From the NCBI GenBank assembly GCA_019058245.1, contig JAHPZJ010000030.1:155294-219293 (forward strand): DNA of 64,000 bases, in the 5' to 3' direction. Position 1 is the stretch's first letter; each line of letters opens with the position of its first letter. The DNA is from Promethearchaeota archaeon (GTDB taxonomy: Archaea > Asgardarchaeota > Lokiarchaeia > Sigyniarchaeales > SOKP01). Positions 9,282 to 18,580 of this stretch are shown piece after piece. The notes beneath the pieces were generated by a model. That model was not told the DNA's origin. It worked only from the letters and a program-made list of their open reading frames with translations, and searched no databases. A program made the translations under genes and the position numbers.

Positions 9282-10667
9282 TTATTTGTTAATATAATTC
9301 ATTTTTAGTGTATCTGTAAGCTGTTGCAGTTTTTTTGAAACCTTTACATTAGGAACCACAATTTTTTCTAACTTTTTATAAAAATCAGGTAGTTTCTTAA
9401 TATTATCTAAATAGAAGTTTTGGATTTCATTGATATTCGGTATTTTCGATAAAATTTTACCATTTTTCATAACTGGAATTAATAATGGTTCAGCATTAGG
9501 AGGAATAAGTTCATTTTCAAGTGATAGTAAATCCTCTTTGAACATTCCATTTTTATCATAAATTCTATATACTTGTTTTTTCCCAGGATAGGTAATTTTT
9601 TCTTCACTAAACTTTATTTTAGGGATATTATTATATTCTATTATTTTATATACACCAGAGATAGTTGGATCATCTCTAGAGGTAGCTAATTCCGTTCCTA
9701 CACCAAAAGCATCGATAGGGGTGTTTTTATCAATCATTTCTTTAATCTTATATTCATTTAAATCTGAACTTGCTACAATTATTACTTTATCACATCCATT
9801 TTTATCCAAAATCTCTCGAACCCTCTTAGCATGTTCAATGAGATCTCCTGAATCAATTCTAACTCCTTTAATATTATTTCCAAATTTGCACGATTTTTTC
9901 GCTCCAATTTCAGTATCATATGTATCTATGAGAAGTATTGAATCCTTATCATATATTTTATAATATGAATTAAAACTCTCTAACTCATCATCGAATTTTT
10001 GTACAAAGCTATGAGCCATAGTACCTGTAGAATTAATTGCTAATTCTAGATCTGCAATAACATTGCTAGTTCCATTAAATCCAGCAATATAGCTTGCTCT
10101 TGCGGCATAGACTCCCGCAAGAGGGCTGTGAGACCGTCTCGTACCAAATTCAAGAAGAACTTTATTAAGAGCAACATTTTTAATTCGTGACGCTTTGGAT
10201 GCAACAAGAGTTTGAAAATTAATTACATTAAGTAAATATGTTTCTGCAATCTGAGCATGGAAAATAGGACCTTGTATTCTCACTATTGGTTCATTTGGGA
10301 AGAAAAAGTTTCCTTCTTTCATCGCCCATACATCCACATCAAATTTAAATTTTGGTAGGTACTCATCAAAAAAACTCGAATCAATATTTTTAAATACTGG
10401 TTTTTTTCTCAAAAACTCGATCGTTCGTTCTGAAAATTTAGCATTCTGTAAAAAATGTAGAACCTGTTCTAATCCCGCAAATATTAAATAATTACGATTT
10501 CTTGGAAATTTTCTGATAAATAGTTCAAAAGTAGCTATATCATTCTCATTTTCTGTCTTATTATCAAGATAATACTGATAGTATGCCGCACCCATTGTTA
10601 ATTGATAGAAATCTGTGGCTAAAATCATATTACTATCATTAACAAACCCTGAGTTAAAATCATTCAT
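9282..10667 (-). CDS. pncB: nicotinate phosphoribosyltransferase
   Basis: 461-aa ORF. It has the N-terminal LATDFYQLTMGAAYY, the FGTRR motif and a length typical of the family. Its ATG shares one base with the stop of the upstream acyl-CoA synthetase (TAATG). Confidence 0.8.
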   Translation of the reverse strand: MNDFNSGFVNDSNMILATDFYQLTMGAAYYQYYLDNKTENENDIATFELFIRKFPRNRNYLIFAGLEQVLHFLQNAKFSERTIEFLRKKPVFKNIDSSFFDEYLPKFKFDVDVWAMKEGNFFFPNEPIVRIQGPIFHAQIAETYLLNVINFQTLVASKASRIKNVALNKVLLEFGTRRSHSPLAGVYAARASYIAGFNGTSNVIADLELAINSTGTMAHSFVQKFDDELESFNSYYKIYDKDSILLIDTYDTEIGAKKSCKFGNNIKGVRIDSGDLIEHAKRVREILDKNGCDKVIIVASSDLNEYKIKEMIDKNTPIDAFGVGTELATSRDDPTISGVYKIIEYNNIPKIKFSEEKITYPGKKQVYRIYDKNGMFKEDLLSLENELIPPNAEPLLIPVMKNGKILSKIPNINEIQNFYLDNIKKLPDFYKKLEKIVVPNVKVSKKLQQLTDTLKMNYINK

Positions 10668-12448
10668 TATTTAAAACCATAAACTTTACCTATATGTACT
10701 ATCCATTCTTTCGCCATCTTTTCTTTATTCAAATTTGGTAAATTAAACCAATCTAAACTTTTTATCCCCCAAAGATTCTGAAAGTTCCAATCCTTTCTAA
10801 TTTCTTTTCCAACCACGGACTTTGAAAGATCTCTTCTGAATTCATAGATTTTTGGTACTTTATAAGTTGCCAAATTTTTGCTACAAAAGTTTTTTATTTT
10901 GGTTTTTATTTCTTCTGTTACTTTAAAACCATATTTTAATAGAATAAAAGCTTTAACTTCCTCACTTCCGAGTTCTTCAGGATCAGGATTACCAATAACA
11001 GCTGCTTTTTCAATAATTTCATTTTTTAATAATAAATCTTCAACTTCTCGTGGAAATACTTTATATCCATTCATATTAATTATATAATTCTTCCTCTCTA
11101 TGATGTGAAAATATCCTTCCTCATCCATTGTTGCGATATCACCAGTAAGAAGCCATCCATCTTTCAATTGATTAGCGTTAGCCTCAAGATTATTCCAGTA
11201 CCCTTTAAAAACCTGAGGACCTTTAATCATTATTTCACCATATTCACCTTGAGGTACAATTTTTGTATGATCATCAACATCAACTAATTTTACTTCAGTA
11301 TTGGGATATGGCAGTCCTACAGATCCAATCTTTCTTTTTCCCGCAATAGGATTACTCATTACTAATGCTGAGGTTTCTGTCATTCCATATCCCTCTAATA
11401 ATATAGATCCTGTCCTTTTCTCAAATTCTTTAAAAACCTCTAAAGGTATTGCAGCTGCTCCTGTATTGCAAACCTTTAAAGATTTAAGATCATTTAAAAA
11501 ACCTTCAAGGTTCTCTCGATCTATTAAACGCATAAACATTGAAGGTACACCAGGGAAAAACGTAGGATGAGTTTCTTTAAATGTTGCAAATAATATTCTT
11601 TCATTCCCAGGTTCGAGGAGCATAGCTATTGTTGAACCATTATATATATGTAGATTCATACAAACTATTTGGGCATATATGTGATCTAAAGGTAAACAAG
11701 TGAGAATAGTTTCTTTACCTTTTCTCATTCCTGAACCTAACCACTTTTTAATTGCTATAACATTTGATGCAATATTGTAATGAGTAAGCATTGCACCTTT
11801 AGGTTTTCCAGTAGTACCTGGTGTGTATTGAAGGCAAACTAAATCTTCCTTTGCTTTTGTTTCAAATTTAGGAGGATTTGGTTTAGTGTTATTAATCAAA
11901 TTAAGAAATTGAAAACTTTTTGCAATTTTAGGAGGATCACTATTCCCCAATGGATTAGCTTTAGAAGCAAAATCAAATAGATTTGTAAAAATTATTTGAT
12001 TAAGACATGTTCTTTCTACTATGTTATCTATTCTATTTATGTATTTATCCCAAGCAATTAATATTTTGGCTCCAGCATCATTTAATTGATAAGTTAATTC
12101 ACGTTCAGTGGAAAGAATACTAAGTGATGTAACAATACCTCCAGCTTTCAAGATACCAAAATAACTGATTATATATTGCGGAAAATTTGGTATCATAATG
12201 GCAATAACATCTCCTTTTTTAACCCCTATATTTACTAGGGCTGTAGCAAGCCTATCAGTAAAATTTTTTAATTTTTCATAGGAAATTTTCTCTGTTATAA
12301 ACCAAATAGCTGTTCTGTCTCCAAATTCTTTTGCTGAATTATCCAGAAACTCATAAATATTCATTTCGGGATAATTAATAGTAGCAGGAAGGCCCTCATC
12401 ATAATAACTTAACCAAGGCTTTAGCGTGTATGGATCCTTTTCGCTCAT
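10667..12448 (-). CDS. AMP-forming acyl-CoA synthetase (long/medium-chain fatty-acid-CoA ligase type), paralog 1
   Basis: It has AMP-binding motifs YTPGTTGKPKGAMLTH, EGYGMTE, TGDIATMD and a C-terminal KVPK. It is clearly paralogous to 58136-59836, with long identical runs such as KEDLVCLQYT and IMIKGPQVFKGY, and carries an extra ~45-aa C-terminal tail. Confidence 0.85.
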   Translation of the reverse strand: MSEKDPYTLKPWLSYYDEGLPATINYPEMNIYEFLDNSAKEFGDRTAIWFITEKISYEKLKNFTDRLATALVNIGVKKGDVIAIMIPNFPQYIISYFGILKAGGIVTSLSILSTERELTYQLNDAGAKILIAWDKYINRIDNIVERTCLNQIIFTNLFDFASKANPLGNSDPPKIAKSFQFLNLINNTKPNPPKFETKAKEDLVCLQYTPGTTGKPKGAMLTHYNIASNVIAIKKWLGSGMRKGKETILTCLPLDHIYAQIVCMNLHIYNGSTIAMLLEPGNERILFATFKETHPTFFPGVPSMFMRLIDRENLEGFLNDLKSLKVCNTGAAAIPLEVFKEFEKRTGSILLEGYGMTETSALVMSNPIAGKRKIGSVGLPYPNTEVKLVDVDDHTKIVPQGEYGEIMIKGPQVFKGYWNNLEANANQLKDGWLLTGDIATMDEEGYFHIIERKNYIINMNGYKVFPREVEDLLLKNEIIEKAAVIGNPDPEELGSEEVKAFILLKYGFKVTEEIKTKIKNFCSKNLATYKVPKIYEFRRDLSKSVVGKEIRKDWNFQNLWGIKSLDWFNLPNLNKEKMAKEWIVHIGKVYGFK

Positions 12449-12818
12449 TTTTTAATATAATCCTAATTGTTTTGTACTGATGTTAAATTTAAAAGTTTTA
12501 ATATTTAATATATTGGGTAATTTATATAATAACTTAAACTACTAGGAATTCGAGATTAACTTGAATCCAATTAGAAAGAATACTTCTCTCCGCATTAATC
12601 GTCCTAATTATGAAAAGAAACTTTCTTTCTACGTTATTATCTAATTCAAGTAATAATTCTATAATATATAGAGCTTTTAGTAGCATTAAATATCTACTTT
12701 TGATTTTATTAACAAATAATATTATCAAAAGTAGGAAAAGTAGAATAATGTTTAAAAATCATTAAAGTAATTTTTGTATAAATGATCTTTTAACTAAATT
12801 TTATAAAAAAGTGATAAT

Positions 12819-14558
12819 ATGTACCATTTAGATGATGATGAATATTTAAACGTTCCATACTATAGAAAGACTCGGAGTATTTGCCCAGAATGTTTAGAAC
12901 CAATTGGTGCTGAAGTCTATGAGGAAAATGATGAGATTTGGATGAGAAAAACATGCGAAGAACATGGTGATTTCAAAGATAAAATTAGTAGTTCTGCTAA
13001 GTATTATAAATGGACCCATTGGGCAATAAAAGATAAAGATGGGAAGGTTGTATGGCAATTTGAAAAAAATGGAGAAGCTAATCCTCCAGATTGCGCAATT
13101 GAAGACCCGAGAGGGTGTCCCTATAACTGTGGTTTATGTCCAGAACATTTGTCAACTTGCTCACTGGCTCTAATAGATCTAACAAACCGCTGCAATTTTA
13201 ATTGTAACTTCTGTTATGCGAATGTACAAAAATCTGGCTATTTAATTGAACCTTCTCTTGAAGAAATTGATCGAATTATGAAGCATTTCAGAAGTAAACC
13301 AATCCCTGCTATTGCAATCATGTTTACAGGTGGAGAACCAACAGTAAGAAAAGATTTTCCCGAAATTTGTAAAATGGCAAAAGATAATGGATTTAAAGAA
13401 GTCATAGTTGCAACAAATGGTTATGGATTCCAAAAGAAAACTGGAGGCCTTGAATGGACTAAAAAAGTAAAAGAAGCTGGCTTGGATACCTTATATTTCC
13501 AATTTGATGGTATTAATAATACAACTTATGAGAAAACTCGGGGAATCAAAAATCTTATGTCATATAAACAAAGAGTAATAGAAAATTGTCGTAAAGCAAA
13601 ACTTGATTCAATTGTTTTAGTAGCAACGATTGCGAAGGGAGTTACTGATATTGAAGTTGGTAATATTATTCAATATGCTATTGATAATGTTGACGTGGTT
13701 CGGGGAATTACTTTTCAACCAGTATCTCTATGTGGTCGAATAGCATTTGAAGAACGACAAGACTTAAGAATCACTAATGCAGATGTGCTCAAGATTATAG
13801 AAGAACAAACAAAAGGTAAAATTAGCATGGAAAATGCCTGGTATCCTTTGAGTACCATCGTAGAATTTGGCAGAGTTATTGCATATTTATCAGATGTTGA
13901 GCCTATAGAATTTACTTGCCATCCCGACTGTGGTTTTGCAAGTTATATGGTAATTGATCCTGATAGTGGTGAAATGATGCCCATTATGGACTATTTTGAC
14001 CCTCTAAAAGTTATAGATTTTGCTAACCGCTTTTGGGAGAAAATCAAACATAAAGAAAAGAAACAACTTAGATTATTCGAAGATTTATTAGGAGATTTTG
14101 GTAAAACACTTGATAAAGGATTAAACTTTTTAGATAAAACACAATTACGTGCTAGGTTCCTATTGGGCGTATTGCAGTATATGAAAAAGCCAGGAAAGCT
14201 TATGGAGATGTTTTCAAGACTTTTGATGCAAGGAGATTGGGAAAGTGTTAGTTCCTTTAGTTATGGGGCGCTTTTACTATCTAGTATGCATTTTCAAGAT
14301 GCTTATAACATGGATATTGAAAGAACAAAAAGATGTATTGTACACTTTGGTGTTGCAATGCCTGATGGTAGTGTAAAGGAATGCTCTTTTTGCACTATGA
14401 ACACACTTCATAGACCTCATATTGAGAAGCAAGTCGCTAAAAAACTTACCGCTAAGGTAAAGAATGAATTTGACACAACCACTGGTCAACCTGCAGAACA
14501 AATTCAACAAGTAGTAGCTCATAATGGGGGTATTAAAAAAGAGGAGGAAGAATCATAA
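12819..14558 (+). CDS. radical SAM enzyme with N-terminal Cys-ribbon and extra Cys clusters, Tes/GDGT-MAS-like (tetraether lipid synthase family candidate)
   Basis: 579-aa ORF with the canonical CNFNCNFC (CxxxCxxC) motif and GGEP. An upstream CPYNCGLCPEH cluster, an N-terminal CPEC...x20...CEEHG ribbon and C-terminal Cys pairs (CHPDCG, ECSFC) are present. The multi-cluster layout fits the Tes family, but the specific assignment is inferred. Confidence 0.6.
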   Translation: MYHLDDDEYLNVPYYRKTRSICPECLEPIGAEVYEENDEIWMRKTCEEHGDFKDKISSSAKYYKWTHWAIKDKDGKVVWQFEKNGEANPPDCAIEDPRGCPYNCGLCPEHLSTCSLALIDLTNRCNFNCNFCYANVQKSGYLIEPSLEEIDRIMKHFRSKPIPAIAIMFTGGEPTVRKDFPEICKMAKDNGFKEVIVATNGYGFQKKTGGLEWTKKVKEAGLDTLYFQFDGINNTTYEKTRGIKNLMSYKQRVIENCRKAKLDSIVLVATIAKGVTDIEVGNIIQYAIDNVDVVRGITFQPVSLCGRIAFEERQDLRITNADVLKIIEEQTKGKISMENAWYPLSTIVEFGRVIAYLSDVEPIEFTCHPDCGFASYMVIDPDSGEMMPIMDYFDPLKVIDFANRFWEKIKHKEKKQLRLFEDLLGDFGKTLDKGLNFLDKTQLRARFLLGVLQYMKKPGKLMEMFSRLLMQGDWESVSSFSYGALLLSSMHFQDAYNMDIERTKRCIVHFGVAMPDGSVKECSFCTMNTLHRPHIEKQVAKKLTAKVKNEFDTTTGQPAEQIQQVVAHNGGIKKEEEES

Positions 14559-14846
14559 ATGCCTGAAGAATACGTTGAAGATAAAGATGGAATGAAAATT
14601 CGTAAACTGACAGAGCTAAAAACAGTTACAGATAAGGACTATGAAGACGCTATGCTTAGACGCGTAGAAGAATTCAAAACCACCAAAGGAAAAGATTCTC
14701 AATTTAACGACGTTCTTCAAAATACGGTGTTTAAAGCACTAAGCTCTGCCTTAGATTTAAAAGTCCAGGTCGATAAAGCTCTAGGTAAAGATAATTTAAA
14801 AAAACTACATAAAGCGATTGATGATATCCTTCTATTAGGATTATAA
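14559..14846 (+). CDS. hypothetical helical 95-aa protein, translationally coupled to the radical SAM gene
   Basis: Its ATG immediately follows the TAA of the upstream gene (TAAATG). It is charged and helical with no motif recognised. Confidence 0.5.
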   Translation: MPEEYVEDKDGMKIRKLTELKTVTDKDYEDAMLRRVEEFKTTKGKDSQFNDVLQNTVFKALSSALDLKVQVDKALGKDNLKKLHKAIDDILLLGL

Positions 14847-14930
14847 TTATATTTTTCTTTTTAATTTTAGAATTTACTAAGTAATTTTACATAACTTATT
14901 TTTTAATTCATTATTTAGTTTAGTTATACT

Positions 14931-16016
14931 ATGGTTTATAATGCCTTCACCATACCAGTTATGATTTTTTATATTGGGAACGGATTGGCACATTTATATT
15001 TTGCTATTAAGTTAAAACAAAAATTTGCCCTAGAGCATAATTTTACTAATTCTTTTTTGATATCTCTATTATGGATTATTGCTGGTGTTTTATATCCCTT
15101 TTTTTTTATAAGAGATACGAATCAAACAAGATTTTTTCAAGGATTGGCCCTTCAAATTATATGTATATACGCCCCATTGTTAATATTTTTTATTTTATAC
15201 TACCAATCTCAATTTGTATTAAAAAGAGACCCCCAAATAAGAGAAACTCGTACAATTGAAAAGTTTACAAAACAATTTACTTTGATGGATACGAAAAATC
15301 TCGATAATAGAAAAGCTGCTTTAAGAACTGATATTCATCGGAAAGCATTTCATTTATTGCCTGCTATAATAATTATTTTATTATGGCTTTTTGCAGTTTA
15401 TATTTGGGATAATATATGGCAAGCTGATGAATTTTGGGGAATTTCAGGAAAGGAGTACGGCATCTTTTTAATATTAACAGTTGGTTATACAGGTGTCATC
15501 ATATTTGCTGCTTTAGATTATATTCGGTTATCCCATATATTCAATAGAGGAAATATTTTTCATTTACTTCCGACATGTATTTTCAATACATTGGGCAAAA
15601 CTTTAAAAAAAAATGAGATCTATGAATTCACTCGACCCGTAGCATTAATATTATCTCTTGTACCTACGCTTTTCCTACCATTTGGACTATTTACAGCCAC
15701 CGCATTAATCGCTACTCTAGGTGATGGCGCAGCGTCAATATTTGGACTCAAATTCGGAAAGATCCATATACCAAAATCTTCAAACAAGACCTTAATTGGG
15801 TATATTTCTGGATTTATGGTTTCTTTTTTGATCAGTTTTTTAGTTTTATGGCTTTTTGAACAAAAAACTTATAATATTTCACAAATCGTCGTTATTGGAT
15901 TTATTGGAGCACTAACCTTTTTAATTATAGATATTCTAAATCTTAAAATAGATGATAATATTTTAAATCCTATATTTTGTGGATATTTAATGTTCTTGAT
16001 AACGTTAATAATATAA
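14931..16016 (+). CDS. CTP-dependent polyprenol (dolichol/phytol-type) kinase family membrane protein with extra N-terminal TM region
   Basis: 361-aa polytopic ORF. It carries RKAFHLLPA, LGDGAASIFGLKFGKIHIPKSSNKTLIGYISGF and LKIDDNILNP. These match the RKxxH, GDxxAxxxGxxxG...K(S/T)xxG and (I)DN signatures of the dolichol kinase/phytol kinase branch of the CTP-transferase-1 superfamily. Confidence 0.6.
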   Translation: MVYNAFTIPVMIFYIGNGLAHLYFAIKLKQKFALEHNFTNSFLISLLWIIAGVLYPFFFIRDTNQTRFFQGLALQIICIYAPLLIFFILYYQSQFVLKRDPQIRETRTIEKFTKQFTLMDTKNLDNRKAALRTDIHRKAFHLLPAIIIILLWLFAVYIWDNIWQADEFWGISGKEYGIFLILTVGYTGVIIFAALDYIRLSHIFNRGNIFHLLPTCIFNTLGKTLKKNEIYEFTRPVALILSLVPTLFLPFGLFTATALIATLGDGAASIFGLKFGKIHIPKSSNKTLIGYISGFMVSFLISFLVLWLFEQKTYNISQIVVIGFIGALTFLIIDILNLKIDDNILNPIFCGYLMFLITLII

Positions 16017-16592
16017 ATGTGTGAATATGTGTTTGGAATGAGTGAAATTCGAATAAGGCCTCCAGAAGAAGTTGCAAAGAGAGTAGTAGTATTATTAGGG
16101 ATATTTCAAGCTGCTACCGGTAGAGAAAAAAAAGAAATTATAGAAATTTTAAAGGGTAATAATTTATGGGAAAAAACTTCTGAGATTGAAAAAAAATTTT
16201 TGTTAAGTCATAGTGAAGACACAAAATTCGAGGCCATACAATTTGGTTGGCGTTCTGAGACTGTTTTTATATTATTGTGGGCTCTTAAATTAGTTGAGCA
16301 AGAAGAAATCCCTGTAGATGAGACAAATTTAGATTTGATTATTGATCTTTTGAAGGATAGTGAATATTACAAAAAAATAGATATAAAAAATGCTCAATTA
16401 AGAAATAGCGATGAAATTTTAAGATTATTAGATCAAATTCAAATCATTAACTCGGAATTGAGAGATGCTTCAATTAATAACAAGAAACCACCATATAACT
16501 ATCATCCTTCCATTATATACGAATGGAACTATGCTCTAAATTGGTTGGTAAGAATCAATGAAAGCTGGGACTATATAACGACAGATTCATAG
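16017..16592 (+). CDS. hypothetical soluble protein, translationally coupled to the kinase-like gene
   Basis: 191-aa ORF whose ATG directly abuts the upstream TAA. It contains WRSETVFILLWALKLV. It may belong to a DUF family, which I cannot verify. Confidence 0.45.
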   Translation: MCEYVFGMSEIRIRPPEEVAKRVVVLLGIFQAATGREKKEIIEILKGNNLWEKTSEIEKKFLLSHSEDTKFEAIQFGWRSETVFILLWALKLVEQEEIPVDETNLDLIIDLLKDSEYYKKIDIKNAQLRNSDEILRLLDQIQIINSELRDASINNKKPPYNYHPSIIYEWNYALNWLVRINESWDYITTDS

Positions 16593-16810
16593 AAAATTGA
16601 AATGAAATTATGTAAGATTTTCAATAAAATAAAAAATTATGGGACTGTTATTTTAGTTTTTAATGAAAAATTCTAAATGAGGAAATTTAATGGCATTCCT
16701 AATATTAATACTCTAACTTCAGAAATAGATGATTTAATGCTCTTAAATTAAGCATTTTTTCTCATTTATAAAGAATTTTTTTAATAATCAAGTAGGAATA
16801 AATCTCATCC

Positions 16811-17761
16811 TTATATATTCTTTGTAAAATTTTTATGGAGATTGTTTTTTCCCACTATATAAATAATACTCAATATCATAATACTAAATATTAACAGCAA
16901 AAGGCCAAGATTTATTCCAGGTATTCTTGGAGTTTCATCTTCACTATGTCTGTTTTCATTTCCACAAACCCAAAGCATCTCGTTAAATTCAAAATTAATA
17001 GCTTTTTCTGTAATTGGTAAATTAGTTTGATTAATTTCACTGTAGAGATTAAAGTGCAAGTTATCTCCATAATCTAAACCTACTATCGCTTGATTACTAG
17101 ATATACTAAGCACATCTTTATATTGAAATTTGATATCACCAGCGCCAGAGTGAAAAAATAGAATTGCCTCAAAAGATCCTACATATGATGGTCTTGACTT
17201 ATTATAGGTATATACATCTTTATATTCAATTATTAAGCGATTCGGTGATGTAAAAAATTCATAATATACTGTTCCACCTCCTCCTAAACTCTCTGAAGTT
17301 GTTAAGTTATCTACAAATAAAGCTATAGTAGGAGAAATATGAAAGTCTAATGAAGGTATATGCACGCTCATCGAAGTTATGTTTCTACTAGGAAACACCA
17401 AATAACCATTACTTACTACAGTACAGCTGCTATAGTCTCTATCATATATTCTATAATCCCAAGGAAAGAGTAGACTTTGATAATTGAAAGACGTATCTGA
17501 GATTTTCTCTAAAATTGTTCCTGTCTCATTAATCTCAATCCATGAATAAATAGCTTCAGTATCCATAAGATATCCCGCACCACATGAAGAAGAAGCGTTA
17601 ATTTTTTCTTTTTCAATTAAAAACTCATCTTCAAATGATTTATTGATATAAAGTAAATATGAGAAATTAATTGAGAAAATCAGAAAAATAAATACTGTAA
17701 ATATAATATTGTTTTTTTTCAAAGATATACCAAGAAATTTGAAATTATTATAATCTACCAA
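16811..17761 (-). CDS. exported/surface protein with N-terminal signal-anchor and C-terminal TM anchor
   Basis: 316-aa ORF with an N-terminal hydrophobic segment (IIFTVFIFLIFSINFSYLLYI) and a C-terminal one (LGLLLLIFSIMILSIIYIV). The middle part (LFPWDYRIYDRDYSSCTVVSNGYLVF...GGGGTVYYEF) is reminiscent of NIDO-like beta modules; this is a low-confidence impression. Confidence 0.45.
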   Translation of the reverse strand: MVDYNNFKFLGISLKKNNIIFTVFIFLIFSINFSYLLYINKSFEDEFLIEKEKINASSSCGAGYLMDTEAIYSWIEINETGTILEKISDTSFNYQSLLFPWDYRIYDRDYSSCTVVSNGYLVFPSRNITSMSVHIPSLDFHISPTIALFVDNLTTSESLGGGGTVYYEFFTSPNRLIIEYKDVYTYNKSRPSYVGSFEAILFFHSGAGDIKFQYKDVLSISSNQAIVGLDYGDNLHFNLYSEINQTNLPITEKAINFEFNEMLWVCGNENRHSEDETPRIPGINLGLLLLIFSIMILSIIYIVGKNNLHKNFTKNI

Positions 17762-17978
17762 TCAGATTTAGTATATAAATAAACCTTTTTTAAAAATTAA
17801 GTCAATAGTTTTTATGTGTGAGTTATTTGCTATTGAATTTTGACAAGGATTAATTTTTAATTTTGAAAAGTATCTAAATGAGTTAAAAAAAATATTTTTG
17901 GCCTTTATTTTAATACAATAAAAATTTAAGTAATAACTATTTTATCTTTTAATGAAAGAATATACATGAGGAAATTTA

Positions 17979-18470
17979 ATGGCTCAATCAGAAGATGATA
18001 AAAATTTCTGTTGTCCCAAGTGCGGTAAAATTGGTACCATTACCTTTTTAAAAGCAAATGGGGATAAAATTATGGTAAAACAAAAATGTTCACAACATGG
18101 AATAAAAAGTTTTAAGGTGCCTCTATTACAAAAAGATAGTTTTATTCCTCATTTTCGCAAAGGAGTTTTTCGTTGCCCTGAATGTGGACAAAATACTATA
18201 GTGGAAAGCGCCAAAATGTCAGGACCTTGGATGATTGTAAAAAGTGCTTGTCCAACTCATGGTAATAATTTACCAGAACAAAGAATTTGGAGTACCTTAT
18301 ATGTTGATATTTCTAACTATACAGATATATTCAAGAAAGAAATTTCAAAAAAACAAACAGACCAACCCCAACCTACTCTTAGTGATGAAAAAAAGTTTTG
18401 TCCTAATTGCGGAACACCACTAAAAGAAGGTGGTGAATTTTGTGATACATGCGGGGCTAAAATCGTTTAG
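17979..18470 (+). CDS. multi zinc-ribbon protein (two CxxC...CxxHG modules plus a C-terminal double CxxC ribbon)
   Basis: 163-aa ORF. The modules are CPKCGKIGTITFLKANGDKIMVKQKCSQHG and CPECGQNTIVESAKMSGPWMIVKSACPTHG, followed by CPNCGTPLKEGGEFCDTCGAKI. Confidence 0.7.
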   Translation: MAQSEDDKNFCCPKCGKIGTITFLKANGDKIMVKQKCSQHGIKSFKVPLLQKDSFIPHFRKGVFRCPECGQNTIVESAKMSGPWMIVKSACPTHGNNLPEQRIWSTLYVDISNYTDIFKKEISKKQTDQPQPTLSDEKKFCPNCGTPLKEGGEFCDTCGAKIV

Positions 18471-18580
18471 ATAAATAATTTTTATGTTCACCTTTCTTTT
18501 TTCAAAGTATAATAAGAATTATTCAAAACAAAAGATTGATATGATTTTTTACTTTCATTTCAAGGAATTAATATTTATCA

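Noticed and set aside
12534-12728. 64-aa minus-strand ORF in the acyl-CoA synthetase/radical SAM divergent spacer
   Set aside because: It has an I/L/N/K-rich low-complexity translation, no ribosome-binding-like sequence and sits in a promoter-type spacer. It is probably a chance ORF, though this cannot be excluded without comparative data.
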